IMG/VR virus record: IMGVR_UViG_3300032401_000578
Coordinates: 1 to 57,906 of that record
Source: a virus
Taxonomy: Duplodnaviria > Caudoviricetes
DNA: 57,906 nucleotides
Direction: 5' to 3' (one strand)
The translations under genes and the position numbers were made by a program. The notes below the pieces were generated by a model that saw only the letters and a list, made by a program, of their open reading frames with translations, searched no databases and was not told where the DNA came from. Positions 17,897 to 27,409 of the stretch are shown here, piece after piece. Position 1 is the first letter of the stretch. Every line of letters starts with the position of its first letter.

Positions 17897-19685
17897 AACG
17901 ACTGCTTCGACCGGGACCGGAAACCTCGCACTCGACGGGGCATACCGTGGACACCAGACGTTCCTCACAGCGATAGGCAACTCAAAGGCGTTCTACTACT
18001 GCGTGCGGCATCGGTCGGCTAACTTGTGGGAAGTGGGGATCGGCACGCTGTCGGGCGGCACGACGCTGACTCGCAACAAGGTGCTGGCCGGTTCAAGCGG
18101 TGCTGGCGTGGCGGTCACGTTCACGGCTGGAACGTCCGATGTGTTTCTGACGGAACCGGCGACAGCGGCCGACGGGGCGACGCACCTGAAGAAGCCGTGC
18201 GTCGTCGCGTCGTTGGCGAACTTGACGATAGCGACCGGCCTGAACGCCGGGGACACGGTCAACGGTGTTGTGCTTGTCGCTGGCGACCGCGTGCTGCTCA
18301 CGGCGCAGACGACGGTGTCGGAAAACGGTGTTTACCTCGCGGGCGTCACTCCGGCTCGGGCGGAGGATCTCTTCACCGGGTCGAAGGCGGCCGGTGCGTT
18401 GGTTCCAGTGCAAGGCGGCACGACGTTCGGCAACACGCTTTGGCAATGCACGGCGGCAATTGGCTCGGAAATCGTCGGGACCAATTCGCTGGCGTGGGTG
18501 AAGGTCGGAGCCGGAACAGGCGGGGCAGTCGGGCCGAACCCTTCGACGCTGAACTCGATTCCGCGATGGGACTCGACAGACGGGACGACGCTCGAAGACT
18601 CGGAATTGCTGATCTACCCGTCGTCAAACGACAAACTACAGACGAACGCGACGTTCCAAGCGTGGACGACGGCAACGGACGGGGCGACGGTTGCCTTCGA
18701 CTTCGATCAATCGGACAAGCAGATTCTGACGGAGGCGGGGAACCGGACGCTGTCGGCCACGAACGTCTCAGTCGGGCAACGGATCACGCTGCACAGGTAT
18801 CAGGACGGCACGGGTGGCCGGGTGGATACTTGGTTTGTGAACATTAGTTGGGACAACGGGCTGGCCCCGGTGCAAGACCCGACGGCGGCCGGGTGGGACT
18901 TGGTCGTTCTCGACTGCATCGGACTGGACGGATACTCGGTTCCGCAATGGGTAGAGGTCTGCCGGACATCGTCGGCCCCAAGGAAGGGGATTACGACGGC
19001 AACCGACGGGGCGACGGTCACATTCGACTTGCGGAAGTCCCCAAAGCAAACGGTGACACTCGGAGGAAACCGGACGCTGGAGGTGAATACGTCGTCGTTC
19101 TACGTGGGGATGACGTTCGCTGTCGGGCTGATTCAAGACGGGACCGGGTCGCGGACGGTGACGTGGGGAACGTCTTTCGGGACGATCAACTGGCGTGCGA
19201 ACAACGGGACGGAGCCGACGCAGCCGACGGCGGGCGGGGCGGTGTGCTGGTTGTGCTTCATTTGCCGAACGGCTGGCGGGTCTCCGGTGTTCGACTGCGT
19301 CGGCATCTCCGGGCAAGCGGCGGAGGTCGTCACGGTCTCTCACTTGATCGGCGGCACGGCCGCTCCGGCAATCGCAGCCGGTGTCGGGGCGGGGACCGGA
19401 CCGACGGTGGCGGTGAGTCGGGGCTCAGACTTGTCTGGTGTGATTGAGGTCACGACTGGCACGACTCCGACGGCGGCCGGTGTGGTCGCGACGCTGACCT
19501 TTGCGGCGGCATACACGGCGGCTCCGAACGTCCAACTCACTCCGGCCAACGCGATCACGTCGGAGCTTTATGGGACGGCAAGCCCTTGGCCTTCGACGAC
19601 GACGACGACTCTGGTGCTGACGGCCGGTTCGGCGGCGTTGACGGCGGCGACGGCGTACAAGTGGTTCTACCAACTGGCTCAGTAA
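17871..19685 (+). CDS. Fibre-like virion protein with a duplicated domain
   Basis: DAVRETTASTGTG N-terminus; GDRVLL..QT...ENGVY module; two copies of TTATDGATV.FD...S.KQ..T..GNRTL. Confidence 0.75.
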   Translation: MHWADAVRETTASTGTGNLALDGAYRGHQTFLTAIGNSKAFYYCVRHRSANLWEVGIGTLSGGTTLTRNKVLAGSSGAGVAVTFTAGTSDVFLTEPATAADGATHLKKPCVVASLANLTIATGLNAGDTVNGVVLVAGDRVLLTAQTTVSENGVYLAGVTPARAEDLFTGSKAAGALVPVQGGTTFGNTLWQCTAAIGSEIVGTNSLAWVKVGAGTGGAVGPNPSTLNSIPRWDSTDGTTLEDSELLIYPSSNDKLQTNATFQAWTTATDGATVAFDFDQSDKQILTEAGNRTLSATNVSVGQRITLHRYQDGTGGRVDTWFVNISWDNGLAPVQDPTAAGWDLVVLDCIGLDGYSVPQWVEVCRTSSAPRKGITTATDGATVTFDLRKSPKQTVTLGGNRTLEVNTSSFYVGMTFAVGLIQDGTGSRTVTWGTSFGTINWRANNGTEPTQPTAGGAVCWLCFICRTAGGSPVFDCVGISGQAAEVVTVSHLIGGTAAPAIAAGVGAGTGPTVAVSRGSDLSGVIEVTTGTTPTAAGVVATLTFAAAYTAAPNVQLTPANAITSELYGTASPWPSTTTTTLVLTAGSAALTAATAYKWFYQLAQ

Positions 19686-19744
19686 ACTGGCGACGAAACG
19701 GTCGGTAGCTTACAAAGGCCGCTTTCAAACAAAGGGGGTGAGGC

Positions 19745-20170
19745 GTGGCGGCGTTCAACAAATTCAATTCGTTCGTAGAACAGCTCGCGGAGAAGAATTT
19801 TAACCTCGGAACGGACACGCTGAAAATCGTGCTGACGTTGACGGCTCCGACGAGTGCGAACACGGTGCTTTCGGATCTGACGCAGATCGCGAACGGCAAC
19901 GGATACACGACAGGCGGGACGGCAGTCACGATTTCCAGTTCGTCGCAGACGGCCGGAGTCTACAAGCTGGTGTGTGCTGACGTGACGTTCACGGCGGCCG
20001 GTGGATCTATTGCGCCGTTCCGGTACGTGACGCTGTACGACGACACGGCGGCTTCTCCGGCCGATGGTCTGATTGGCTGGTGGGACTACGGGTCGTCGTT
20101 GACGCTGGCGAGTGGTGAGACGTTCACGGTAGATTTCTCGGCTTCGACCGGGGTTTTGACTATTACGTAA
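19745..20170 (+). CDS. Phage structural-type protein
   Basis: MAAFNKFNSF...GNGYTTGG...ADVTFTA.GG...DYG; good RBS. Confidence 0.7.
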   Translation: MAAFNKFNSFVEQLAEKNFNLGTDTLKIVLTLTAPTSANTVLSDLTQIANGNGYTTGGTAVTISSSSQTAGVYKLVCADVTFTAAGGSIAPFRYVTLYDDTAASPADGLIGWWDYGSSLTLASGETFTVDFSASTGVLTIT

Positions 20171-20225
20171 TTCGAGGCGTTCGATGTGCGGTCATGCGGT
20201 TCAGCGTTTTTGGGGAGGTCGAAAG

Positions 20226-20495
20226 ATGAGTGAAGCGGCGACAAAACATCCGGAAATGGTAGCCTTGCGTGAGGAACTCCAGCGAGAGAAGGCCGGGTTG
20301 ATGGAATCGACAGCGGTCATGCGAGAGCGTCGGGCGGAACTCCAGCGACTGATGGTCCCGTACGAGAAGGAACTGCGGGAATTGACGCTCGCGATCAACA
20401 CGATTGAGCGGCCACGGCTGGCAGAGATCGACAATCAAATCGGGGCGTTGTCTCGTGGCGTCGGCGGTGCGGCGATGTCGGCGTCCGGTGGTTGA
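20226..20495 (+). CDS. Small coiled-coil protein
   Basis: GGAGG RBS; heptad-like E/R/L pattern. Confidence 0.6.
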   Translation: MSEAATKHPEMVALREELQREKAGLMESTAVMRERRAELQRLMVPYEKELRELTLAINTIERPRLAEIDNQIGALSRGVGGAAMSASGG

Positions 20496-20518
20496 TCGTC
20501 AGCGGATGAGGGGCGATC

Positions 20519-21730
20519 ATGGCTACTCGTTTTTACCTGCCGTACGCTCAGTCAGCGACGCCGTTCTCCAGAGATACAAGCACGGAGTGGCGGACGTTCA
20601 TCGGTACACGCTCGATGAGCTCAGACGTCCCGCAAGCCGACACGTTGACGACGAAGATACATAGCGGGGATGACGGCGGCAGTGGTGTGGCTATGGAAGG
20701 CCCGGACGGTCTCTGGCATACGTACGTCCTTTACAAGCAATACGTCAGTCCGCCGCTGGCGGCGCAAACGATCCCGGCGGCTACGCCGTGGCGTTTGCAG
20801 TGTCAAATCGACAAGATGACAACTGCTTCCGCTTACGCGACGGATCTTCATTACGTGAGGTTCAGGGGGTATCTAGTCGGGGAGAACAATAGCGGTGTTT
20901 ACTCGGCGTACAGCGGCGAAAGCACGGCTGAGGCTAACAATAATGAAGTGATGGAAAACCGCACAGTCACTGGCAACACAAGTACAGCTAGGACAATAAC
21001 GTCCGGTGCAAGGTTGGTGCTGGAAGTCGGTGTTCATTCGGTCTACGCAGCTCAACCGTACAGCGTAGCGCAACATGCGATGAGGTTCGGCTACAACGTA
21101 GCGGGATGGCTACCGAGTGCCGACAACGTAAGCATCAGCACGACGCTGTCGCCGTGGTGGGAGCTGGACCACAACCTACTGTTTCAACGTGAGTTGTCGG
21201 CGGCAACGGGATCGTTCTCGTTGGAAGGGCAAGCCCCGCGTCTGTGGGCTAACAAGGTGAATGCTGACGTCGTGGCATTCGGGGTGAGCGGAAAAGACGC
21301 CGCTTTAACGCGGACACGACTATTGGCAGCCGATGCCGGATCGTTCTCGCTAACCGGACAAGACGCTGCCTTCATCGTCGGCAAAACAGTCGGTGCGGAC
21401 GTGGGGTCGTTTACGCTAGCGGGGCAGGCGTCCGGCTTGCTGGCGACGCGAGTGATCGTTCCGGATGCAGCGGCGTACGTTCTGGCGGGCCAAGACGTCG
21501 GCCTGAATCACGGCTTCGCTGCCGAGATGGGCGTCGGGGAGTTCGTGCTGGCGGGGCAGGACGCGGGGTTCGTCGTCGGTAAAGGGGTCGCGGCCGATAC
21601 GGGCATCTTCGTCGTGAACGGCAAGGACGCGACGCTGGCGTACAGCGGGACTCCTCCGGTGACTGGCAACGGGACGCAGTGCGACACTCTGGCGTGGCTG
21701 ATGATCGACGAGCCGGGGGGAAGCTGGTGA
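20519..21730 (+). CDS. Virion/fibre protein with about 7 C-terminal 22-aa repeats
   Basis: Repeats of A..G.F.L.GQDA across about 21195..21650. Confidence 0.7.
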   Translation: MATRFYLPYAQSATPFSRDTSTEWRTFIGTRSMSSDVPQADTLTTKIHSGDDGGSGVAMEGPDGLWHTYVLYKQYVSPPLAAQTIPAATPWRLQCQIDKMTTASAYATDLHYVRFRGYLVGENNSGVYSAYSGESTAEANNNEVMENRTVTGNTSTARTITSGARLVLEVGVHSVYAAQPYSVAQHAMRFGYNVAGWLPSADNVSISTTLSPWWELDHNLLFQRELSAATGSFSLEGQAPRLWANKVNADVVAFGVSGKDAALTRTRLLAADAGSFSLTGQDAAFIVGKTVGADVGSFTLAGQASGLLATRVIVPDAAAYVLAGQDVGLNHGFAAEMGVGEFVLAGQDAGFVVGKGVAADTGIFVVNGKDATLAYSGTPPVTGNGTQCDTLAWLMIDEPGGSW

Positions 21731-23283
21731 GTATCTCGCAGGCTCAACCGACGGCACAGCGGGAACGCAAGAAGCTGACTCATGCACAATCCGGCGACCC
21801 GCTGCCGGTGACAATCTCGGACGCTGTGGCTGATCAAACGCGGGTCGCGCTACGGCGGCTTCCGGTTCCGGTGTCGATCATCATCGCGGGGCGGAACTCG
21901 GCGGCGTGGCTGGTCGAAGCGATTGTGTCGGCACTCACTCAGTCGGTGATGTGCGAGGTGATCTACTCCGACGATTGTTCAACGGACGGTAGCGTGGAGC
22001 TGGCGGACAGGTTCGCGTCGTCCGGCCTGATCGTGGTGACGGCGGCGATGCACGGCGGAGTCTGTGCGGCACGCAACCGGGGGGCGGCGGCGGCTCACGG
22101 CGAGTTCTTAGTGTTCTTGGACTCGGACGATCAACTGACGGAATTCTACGTCGCGGACATGCTGGCGGCGTGGTCTCCCGGCGTCCCGTTGGTCTACGGC
22201 TCGGCAAAGGCGGTCGGTGGGCGTTATGACGGGCGGCACTGGCTCCCGGCTGAGTTCGCGGCGTGGGACCGCTGGGGCTACAACACGGTCAACACGACGT
22301 CGCTCTACCATCGGGCGGCGTTCGTCGCGGCGGGCGGCTGGATCGACGCTCCGACGCTGTGGGATTGGGATCTGGCGTTGCGGGTGATTCGGTTCGGAGA
22401 GCCGGTCACGTCGAAGGCCGTGCTGCTGTACCGACAACACGACGCAAGCTGGTCGGCATTGCTTGAGGAAAAGGAGTCTGGGTGCGATGAACTCCGGGAG
22501 GTGATCCGCAGGCGGAACGCGAGGCTGACGGTCGGGACGCTCTTGTCCGGACGGATACCGGAACTGCTTCCGGTTTGGATGCAGTCGGTCGCGATGTCGG
22601 TGCGGTTCGCGGAGCTGACGCAGCCGGTGGAATTGGTGATCTTGTGCGACAAGGCGGCTGCCGGGATGCGGCTGGACATCCGGCGGGAGGCGGCTCGGTG
22701 GGGGAACGTCTTCGACTCGGTCGTCGTGACGCCGATAGCGGCCCCTCTGGCGACGGACGGCGAGCGGTCGCACAATGTGTCACGGTTCCTTGCGTCGGCG
22801 ATGCAGCAGCTTCGTGACGCTTCACACGGGGACGTGCTTTGGATGGTCGAGGACGATGTGCTGGTTCCGCTGGCGGGATGCCGGACCTTGTGGGAGACGG
22901 TGACGGCCGGTGTGGTTCCGGTTGAAGCGGCTTCCGGAATCTACCGAAACCGACACGCTCCGCAGTGGCTGATCGGCGGCTGGTGCGAGCCGACGGCGGA
23001 GGGTCCGTTCAGATACCGGGAGCCGACGCGACTGCACGAGGTCGCGGCTACCGGTTCGGTCCCGATAGACTTCACAGGGTGCGGCTGCTTGATGACGTGG
23101 CTTGATCGTCCGACGATTCCGAAGGCGTGGCGTTCTCATGTGGCGGGGTCAATCGCGGCTCACGATTGGGCATATTGTCTTGACGTGAAGCGGTTGGGTG
23201 GGCGGGTTGTGTGGCGTCCTGACGTGCGGTGTGGGCACGCTCGGACAGTGAACGAAATCATCTGGCCGGAATGGGTGGGATAA
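21727..23283 (+). CDS. GT2-family glycosyltransferase, apparently two GT-A domains
   Basis: VSIII, DDCSTD, ARNRG, FLDSDD, WDWDL; second domain with VEDDV, TGCGC, HDW. Confidence 0.85.
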   Translation: MSISQAQPTAQRERKKLTHAQSGDPLPVTISDAVADQTRVALRRLPVPVSIIIAGRNSAAWLVEAIVSALTQSVMCEVIYSDDCSTDGSVELADRFASSGLIVVTAAMHGGVCAARNRGAAAAHGEFLVFLDSDDQLTEFYVADMLAAWSPGVPLVYGSAKAVGGRYDGRHWLPAEFAAWDRWGYNTVNTTSLYHRAAFVAAGGWIDAPTLWDWDLALRVIRFGEPVTSKAVLLYRQHDASWSALLEEKESGCDELREVIRRRNARLTVGTLLSGRIPELLPVWMQSVAMSVRFAELTQPVELVILCDKAAAGMRLDIRREAARWGNVFDSVVVTPIAAPLATDGERSHNVSRFLASAMQQLRDASHGDVLWMVEDDVLVPLAGCRTLWETVTAGVVPVEAASGIYRNRHAPQWLIGGWCEPTAEGPFRYREPTRLHEVAATGSVPIDFTGCGCLMTWLDRPTIPKAWRSHVAGSIAAHDWAYCLDVKRLGGRVVWRPDVRCGHARTVNEIIWPEWVG

Positions 23284-23284
23284 C

Positions 23285-24523
23285 ATGCACGTTTCAATCG
23301 TCATCACTTGCAAGGGGTATCGGCGGCATTTGGAACAGTCGGTACCGGCGTGGCTCCGGCAACAGGCCCCGGACGGCGTGACGTTCGACTTGATCGTGGT
23401 GGATTACGGCTGCCCGGACGGGACGTTCGACTGGCTCAAGACGCTGACGGTCGGAGACGGGCTGGAGAAACGGCTGCGAGGCATGTTTGTGCCGGACGTG
23501 GGAGATACGTTTAATCTGAACATCGCAAGAAATGTGGGGGCCAGAGCGACGTCGGCGGAGTGGATACTATTCTCTGACGCGGACGACGTTCCGCCTGAGT
23601 CAGCCTTGCGTGATGCGTTGGCGGCGGCGACGGTCGAGATCGAACTCGTGAACTGGACGCGGGACTTCGGAGAGCGGAGGCCAAGCTGCTTCGGGTCGTG
23701 TCTTGTGCGTCGGGACGTGTGGGGCGTTGTGCGGGGCTATGACGAGACTCTCGGCGAGCGGTACGGATACGACGACTCGGACTTCTACCGGCGGGTGCGG
23801 AACGATCACGACTACGCGGAGCTGCCGTTTGACGGCTGGCGGATAGTTAATCGGGTTCACGGGGAAGCGACGCGGTTCTACGAAACGGCTGATATGGAAG
23901 CGATGAAGGCGGAGAACAGGCGGAGAATCTGGCATCGCGGAGGCGTGGTCAATCCGAACGGGTTCGGCGTGGCTCCGGTGCGTCTGTGGTCTCCGCTACC
24001 GGAGTTCGACGGGTGGATGTCGTGGGCGGAGCTGGCTTGGCTGGAGGACAGGGCGAGCAAGATTCCGCCGGGCGGGACGTGGGTCGAAGTGGGCGTCTAC
24101 CTCGGCCGGTCGTTCAATCGGGTAGGGCGGTCGCTTCCGCACGGGGCGACTTTGATCGGAATCGACTTGTTCAATTCGATGACTGACAAGGCGAAACCGC
24201 CGGTCTACGTTTGGGAGCGACTCGGGGCGGCGGTCGATGACTTGCAGCGTGCGAGGCCTGATCTCAGGATCGTGCTGGGGATGCCGGGGGCCGTGGTGAT
24301 TCCAGACAGTAGCGTGGACGGGCTGTTCATCGACGGGGATCATTCCTCGGAGGGCGTGCAGGGCGATCTGGACCGCTACGTCAGAGCCGTGAAGCCGTGC
24401 GGGGTGATCGGCGGACATGACTACGCTCGCGATCATTACCCGGACTTGTGCGACGTCGTGGACGCCAGCTTTCCGGACCGAAGGATTCATCATACGATCT
24501 GGGAGGCCCGCAAGCCGTCTTGA
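23285..24523 (+). CDS. GT2-like glycosyltransferase fused to a class I methyltransferase
   Basis: VVDYG, ARNVGA, FSDADD, GYDE...YGYDD; then VEVGVYLGRS, FIDGDHS, GGHDY. Confidence 0.88.
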   Translation: MHVSIVITCKGYRRHLEQSVPAWLRQQAPDGVTFDLIVVDYGCPDGTFDWLKTLTVGDGLEKRLRGMFVPDVGDTFNLNIARNVGARATSAEWILFSDADDVPPESALRDALAAATVEIELVNWTRDFGERRPSCFGSCLVRRDVWGVVRGYDETLGERYGYDDSDFYRRVRNDHDYAELPFDGWRIVNRVHGEATRFYETADMEAMKAENRRRIWHRGGVVNPNGFGVAPVRLWSPLPEFDGWMSWAELAWLEDRASKIPPGGTWVEVGVYLGRSFNRVGRSLPHGATLIGIDLFNSMTDKAKPPVYVWERLGAAVDDLQRARPDLRIVLGMPGAVVIPDSSVDGLFIDGDHSSEGVQGDLDRYVRAVKPCGVIGGHDYARDHYPDLCDVVDASFPDRRIHHTIWEARKPS

Positions 24524-24601
24524 CGCCTACGACGCTCGCAGACAGACTGGCTCGCAGAGGGCGGGCCGGGCGAGAGTGCGACGGAGGTTGCAGGGGGATC
24601 T

Positions 24602-24838
24602 ATGGCGTTCATACGCGGCGATAGAGTCCGGATCACTTCCGGGGACGACGGCGGGAGGTTCGCTGTGGTCGAGGACGACGCTGAGATCGCTGGCGGTGTC
24701 GGTCGGATGGTGAGCGTGATTCTGGACGGGTGGGGCACGCGAATCATGCTTCGTCCGGGGTGGCTGGTATTGAAGGGGGTGTACGGTGCGGCACAAAATA
24801 AAGCTCTCGAAGGCGGCGGCGCAAATGGTCGTGGCTGA
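24602..24838 (+). CDS. Small hypothetical protein (SH3/KOW-like start)
   Basis: GGGGGA RBS; FIRGDRVRITSG. Confidence 0.55.
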   Translation: MAFIRGDRVRITSGDDGGRFAVVEDDAEIAGGVGRMVSVILDGWGTRIMLRPGWLVLKGVYGAAQNKALEGGGANGRG

Positions 24839-25511
24839 GTGGATAACGCGGGACATCCTGTTGAGGGTGGAGCCGAACGAATACAACGACCCGGAGCCGG
24901 AAGTCACAATGACTCTCGGCGAATTGCGGCCAGAATCGAGGCGACTACGAACAGCAGTCCTGTGTGTCGCGTTCCTAGCGTTCGTGTTGGTTCCGTTCGC
25001 GATGCTGTGCTTAGGCGGAGATTGGGCGGCAGTCCCGTCGTTGCAGGCCCCGGCCGATAGCGGGCACGCGGACATCCGGGGCGAAATCGAAGCGGCGTTC
25101 GGGGAGGCGGCTCCCGTCAAGGCGGGGGCGACGGGCGGGGCTGCTACGAACCTACGGGCGCAGTGGGAGACGGAATACCGACGGGCGACGGCCAAGATAA
25201 ACAAAGATCGGAAGCTGGCTGGAACGTGGGAGTGCGACGGATGCAGGTTCCGCCCGGTGCTGGATGGTCCCGGTCAGCTCGATCATCATCATCTCGTCAG
25301 TGTGAGTCGAATCGCGACAGAACAGCTTCCGGTCGAACTGATATGGGATCCCCGAAACCTCGTGCTGGCGTGCAGGCGGGACGGACCCGACGGGCACGAG
25401 TGCGGTTGTCATTGGGCAATCTGTCATCGTGTGGCGGGGAAATCGAACTGGTCAACGGCGAACAAGAACTCTAAAAACGATCTCGCGGCACGCCAGAAAC
25501 TTCATCCGTAA
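24825..25511 (+). CDS. Membrane-anchored HNH-like nuclease
   Basis: TM segment, then CDGC...LDHHHL...WDPRNLVLACR...CHWAICH. Confidence 0.6.
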   Translation: MVVAEWITRDILLRVEPNEYNDPEPEVTMTLGELRPESRRLRTAVLCVAFLAFVLVPFAMLCLGGDWAAVPSLQAPADSGHADIRGEIEAAFGEAAPVKAGATGGAATNLRAQWETEYRRATAKINKDRKLAGTWECDGCRFRPVLDGPGQLDHHHLVSVSRIATEQLPVELIWDPRNLVLACRRDGPDGHECGCHWAICHRVAGKSNWSTANKNSKNDLAARQKLHP

Positions 25512-25521
25512 AGGGCATGGG

Positions 25522-25728
25522 ATGCGACTTCCGAAAACGAGCAGGCAATGGGAGCTTCTGTGGCAGGTTGCGATGGCGATCATCTTTTTCGGGTTCGTCG
25601 CTTTCGGCTACAATAACGGCATGAGCAGGACTGACATCGTATTCTGGCTGACACTGGCAGGATCGTCATTCGGGTTCATGCAGGCGAAAGAGGCGTCCAC
25701 AAAACACGAAAAAGGCGAGTCAATATGA
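25522..25728 (+). CDS. Small two-TM membrane protein (holin candidate)
   Basis: Two hydrophobic helices and a charged C-terminus. Confidence 0.5.
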   Translation: MRLPKTSRQWELLWQVAMAIIFFGFVAFGYNNGMSRTDIVFWLTLAGSSFGFMQAKEASTKHEKGESI

Positions 25729-25970
25729 ACGCGAGACAAGTCTATGCGCAACAGTGCCGTGCGGAATGCGTGCATCTGACGCGACCGATCTGGCGTATTT
25801 TCTGGCTGGCGGTAATCTTGATCGTCGGCGTCGGTGCAATCACAAAAAGGATACACGAGTCGGCTCACGAATCGGCTCACGAAAGGATACGCAGCAATGC
25901 TCAGATTCTGCTTCGTGGCGGCGGACCCAATGACGCTGGACGCTATCATGCCAGCGATTTCGTCCATTAG
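25725..25970 (+). CDS. Small single-TM protein
   Basis: ATGA coupling; IFWLAVILIVGVGAI. Confidence 0.45.
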   Translation: MNARQVYAQQCRAECVHLTRPIWRIFWLAVILIVGVGAITKRIHESAHESAHERIRSNAQILLRGGGPNDAGRYHASDFVH

Positions 25971-26181
25971 CTCAATCGGGTTCGCGTTGTGGTTCGCACA
26001 CTACGCGACGACGGTGGCGATGCCGAAGCAACAGGCGGAGCATAGGGAAGCGATCAAGGAGCAGTGCAACACTCATGCGGCGACGATCAAGGAACTGGTC
26101 GGAGAACTCAGGGAACACAGGGAGTCCTGCAGTCGCTGGAAGGATTGCCTGCTGTCGCGGCAGACGAACGGGGGTGAGTGA
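25897..26181 (+). CDS. Single-TM coiled-coil protein (holin-like candidate)
   Basis: AAGGA RBS; hydrophobic helix followed by charged coil. Confidence 0.55.
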   Translation: MLRFCFVAADPMTLDAIMPAISSISSIGFALWFAHYATTVAMPKQQAEHREAIKEQCNTHAATIKELVGELREHRESCSRWKDCLLSRQTNGGE

Positions 26182-26360
26182 TGGGTGGCATGTTCCCGGT
26201 AGGCTCCAACTCGATAGATGGCCTGATCGACGAGCTGTCCGGCAACGCGGGGATTCCGTCAATCGAGGTCTCGTCGGAGCGGAAGATCGCGTTCTCGGCG
26301 CAGATCGTCCCGAAAGTGAAGTTCAACCCGGTCACGCCAGCGGAAGACACGGAGCGATAG
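26178..26360 (+). CDS. Hypothetical protein
   Basis: Coupled to the upstream stop. Confidence 0.45.
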   Translation: MMGGMFPVGSNSIDGLIDELSGNAGIPSIEVSSERKIAFSAQIVPKVKFNPVTPAEDTER

Positions 26361-26361
26361 C

Positions 26362-26679
26362 ATGGCATTGACGCTGCTGCGAAACAACGCGAACTACCTC
26401 GTGCTGGAGCGGGTGACGGACTACCTGTCAGGCGAGATTACGGACATGGCGGGGACGATCACGATCTTCGACCAGCGGGACGATACGATTCTTCTCGGGT
26501 GCGATGCGATGCCGATCACGTACGCGACGAACTCGGAGGGGCGGCACGTCTATTACGTGGCGATTCCGCAAACGGTGCAGATCACTGACGGCACGAAGTA
26601 CCGGGCTCTGTTCATCTCGTCCAATTACGGGGTTGAGGCGGAGATGATACTGACAGGCCGAAGGAGGGTGCTGACGTGA
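26362..26679 (+). CDS. Hypothetical virion protein
   Basis: GGAG RBS; tight packing. Confidence 0.6.
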   Translation: MALTLLRNNANYLVLERVTDYLSGEITDMAGTITIFDQRDDTILLGCDAMPITYATNSEGRHVYYVAIPQTVQITDGTKYRALFISSNYGVEAEMILTGRRRVLT

Positions 26680-27140
26680 CCGCTACCATCGACCAAGTGC
26701 TTGCCGGTGTGGTGTCAACGATCCGGGGCTTGTCGCTCACGGGGATCACGTCAGCGAACGTGGTGTCACAGATCGTCGGCGACGACGAAGAGGGGGCGGG
26801 GCCGACGGTGGCGGGCTACCCAGCGATCATCTGCACATGCAACGCAGGAGAGACGACGGGCGAGGGGACCAACTTAAGGGACGACTGGCTCTACCCGGTG
26901 ACGGTGGTCATCATCTCGACGGAGAACCGGAGCCAGACTACGAATCGGGCTAGGAATTTACAGTGGCGGCAGAGCGTGAAGAGGGCGTTCCACAACAAAC
27001 GGTTGGCCGGAGTAGACGGCGGCGACTCGCTTCCGTGTCGTGTGGTCGGTGGCACTGTGGCGGATCGTCCGCGATGGTTGCAGAATCAACAGGCTCAGTC
27101 GCTGCGAGTCGATGTCACAATTCGGGAGGTGAGGACGTGA
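26676..27140 (+). CDS. Putative tail terminator / neck protein
   Basis: 154 aa with YPAII motif, upstream of the tail tube gene. Confidence 0.55.
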   Translation: MTATIDQVLAGVVSTIRGLSLTGITSANVVSQIVGDDEEGAGPTVAGYPAIICTCNAGETTGEGTNLRDDWLYPVTVVIISTENRSQTTNRARNLQWRQSVKRAFHNKRLAGVDGGDSLPCRVVGGTVADRPRWLQNQQAQSLRVDVTIREVRT

Positions 27141-27409
27141 GCAAAGCAAAACCCATTAAGGTGGACGAGTCCGTAGACGTGCAAGGCGAGTGGGAGATCA
27201 CTGGCCCGTCCGGTGAACTCCGATTCAAGCTGGGCGGCGTTCAAAGGGCGTTGGGGCTGTACGCGGAACACTTCGGGCTGGGACTGGATGCAGTGGTCGA
27301 TGGCGTGCGTTCGGGTCGCGTAAGCGTGAGGGCATGGAATGAGCGAGCTGAAGCTGGAGGAGCTGCCGGTGTTCATGGACACGGTGGGGCAACTGACGTC
27401 CCGGCCTAA
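27137..27409 (+). CDS. Hypothetical protein
   Basis: GTGA coupling; GAGG RBS. Confidence 0.5.
   Translation: MSKAKPIKVDESVDVQGEWEITGPSGELRFKLGGVQRALGLYAEHFGLGLDAVVDGVRSGRVSVRAWNERAEAGGAAGVHGHGGATDVPA

Noticed and set aside
24527-25204. 225-aa minus-strand ORF
   Set aside because: Shadow of + strand ORFs that have RBSs and motifs; no domain evidence.
25854-25883. 12-bp tandem repeat (HESAHESAHE), and a similar 15-bp repeat near 48510
   Set aside because: Short in-frame slippage duplications with no sign of a wider system.
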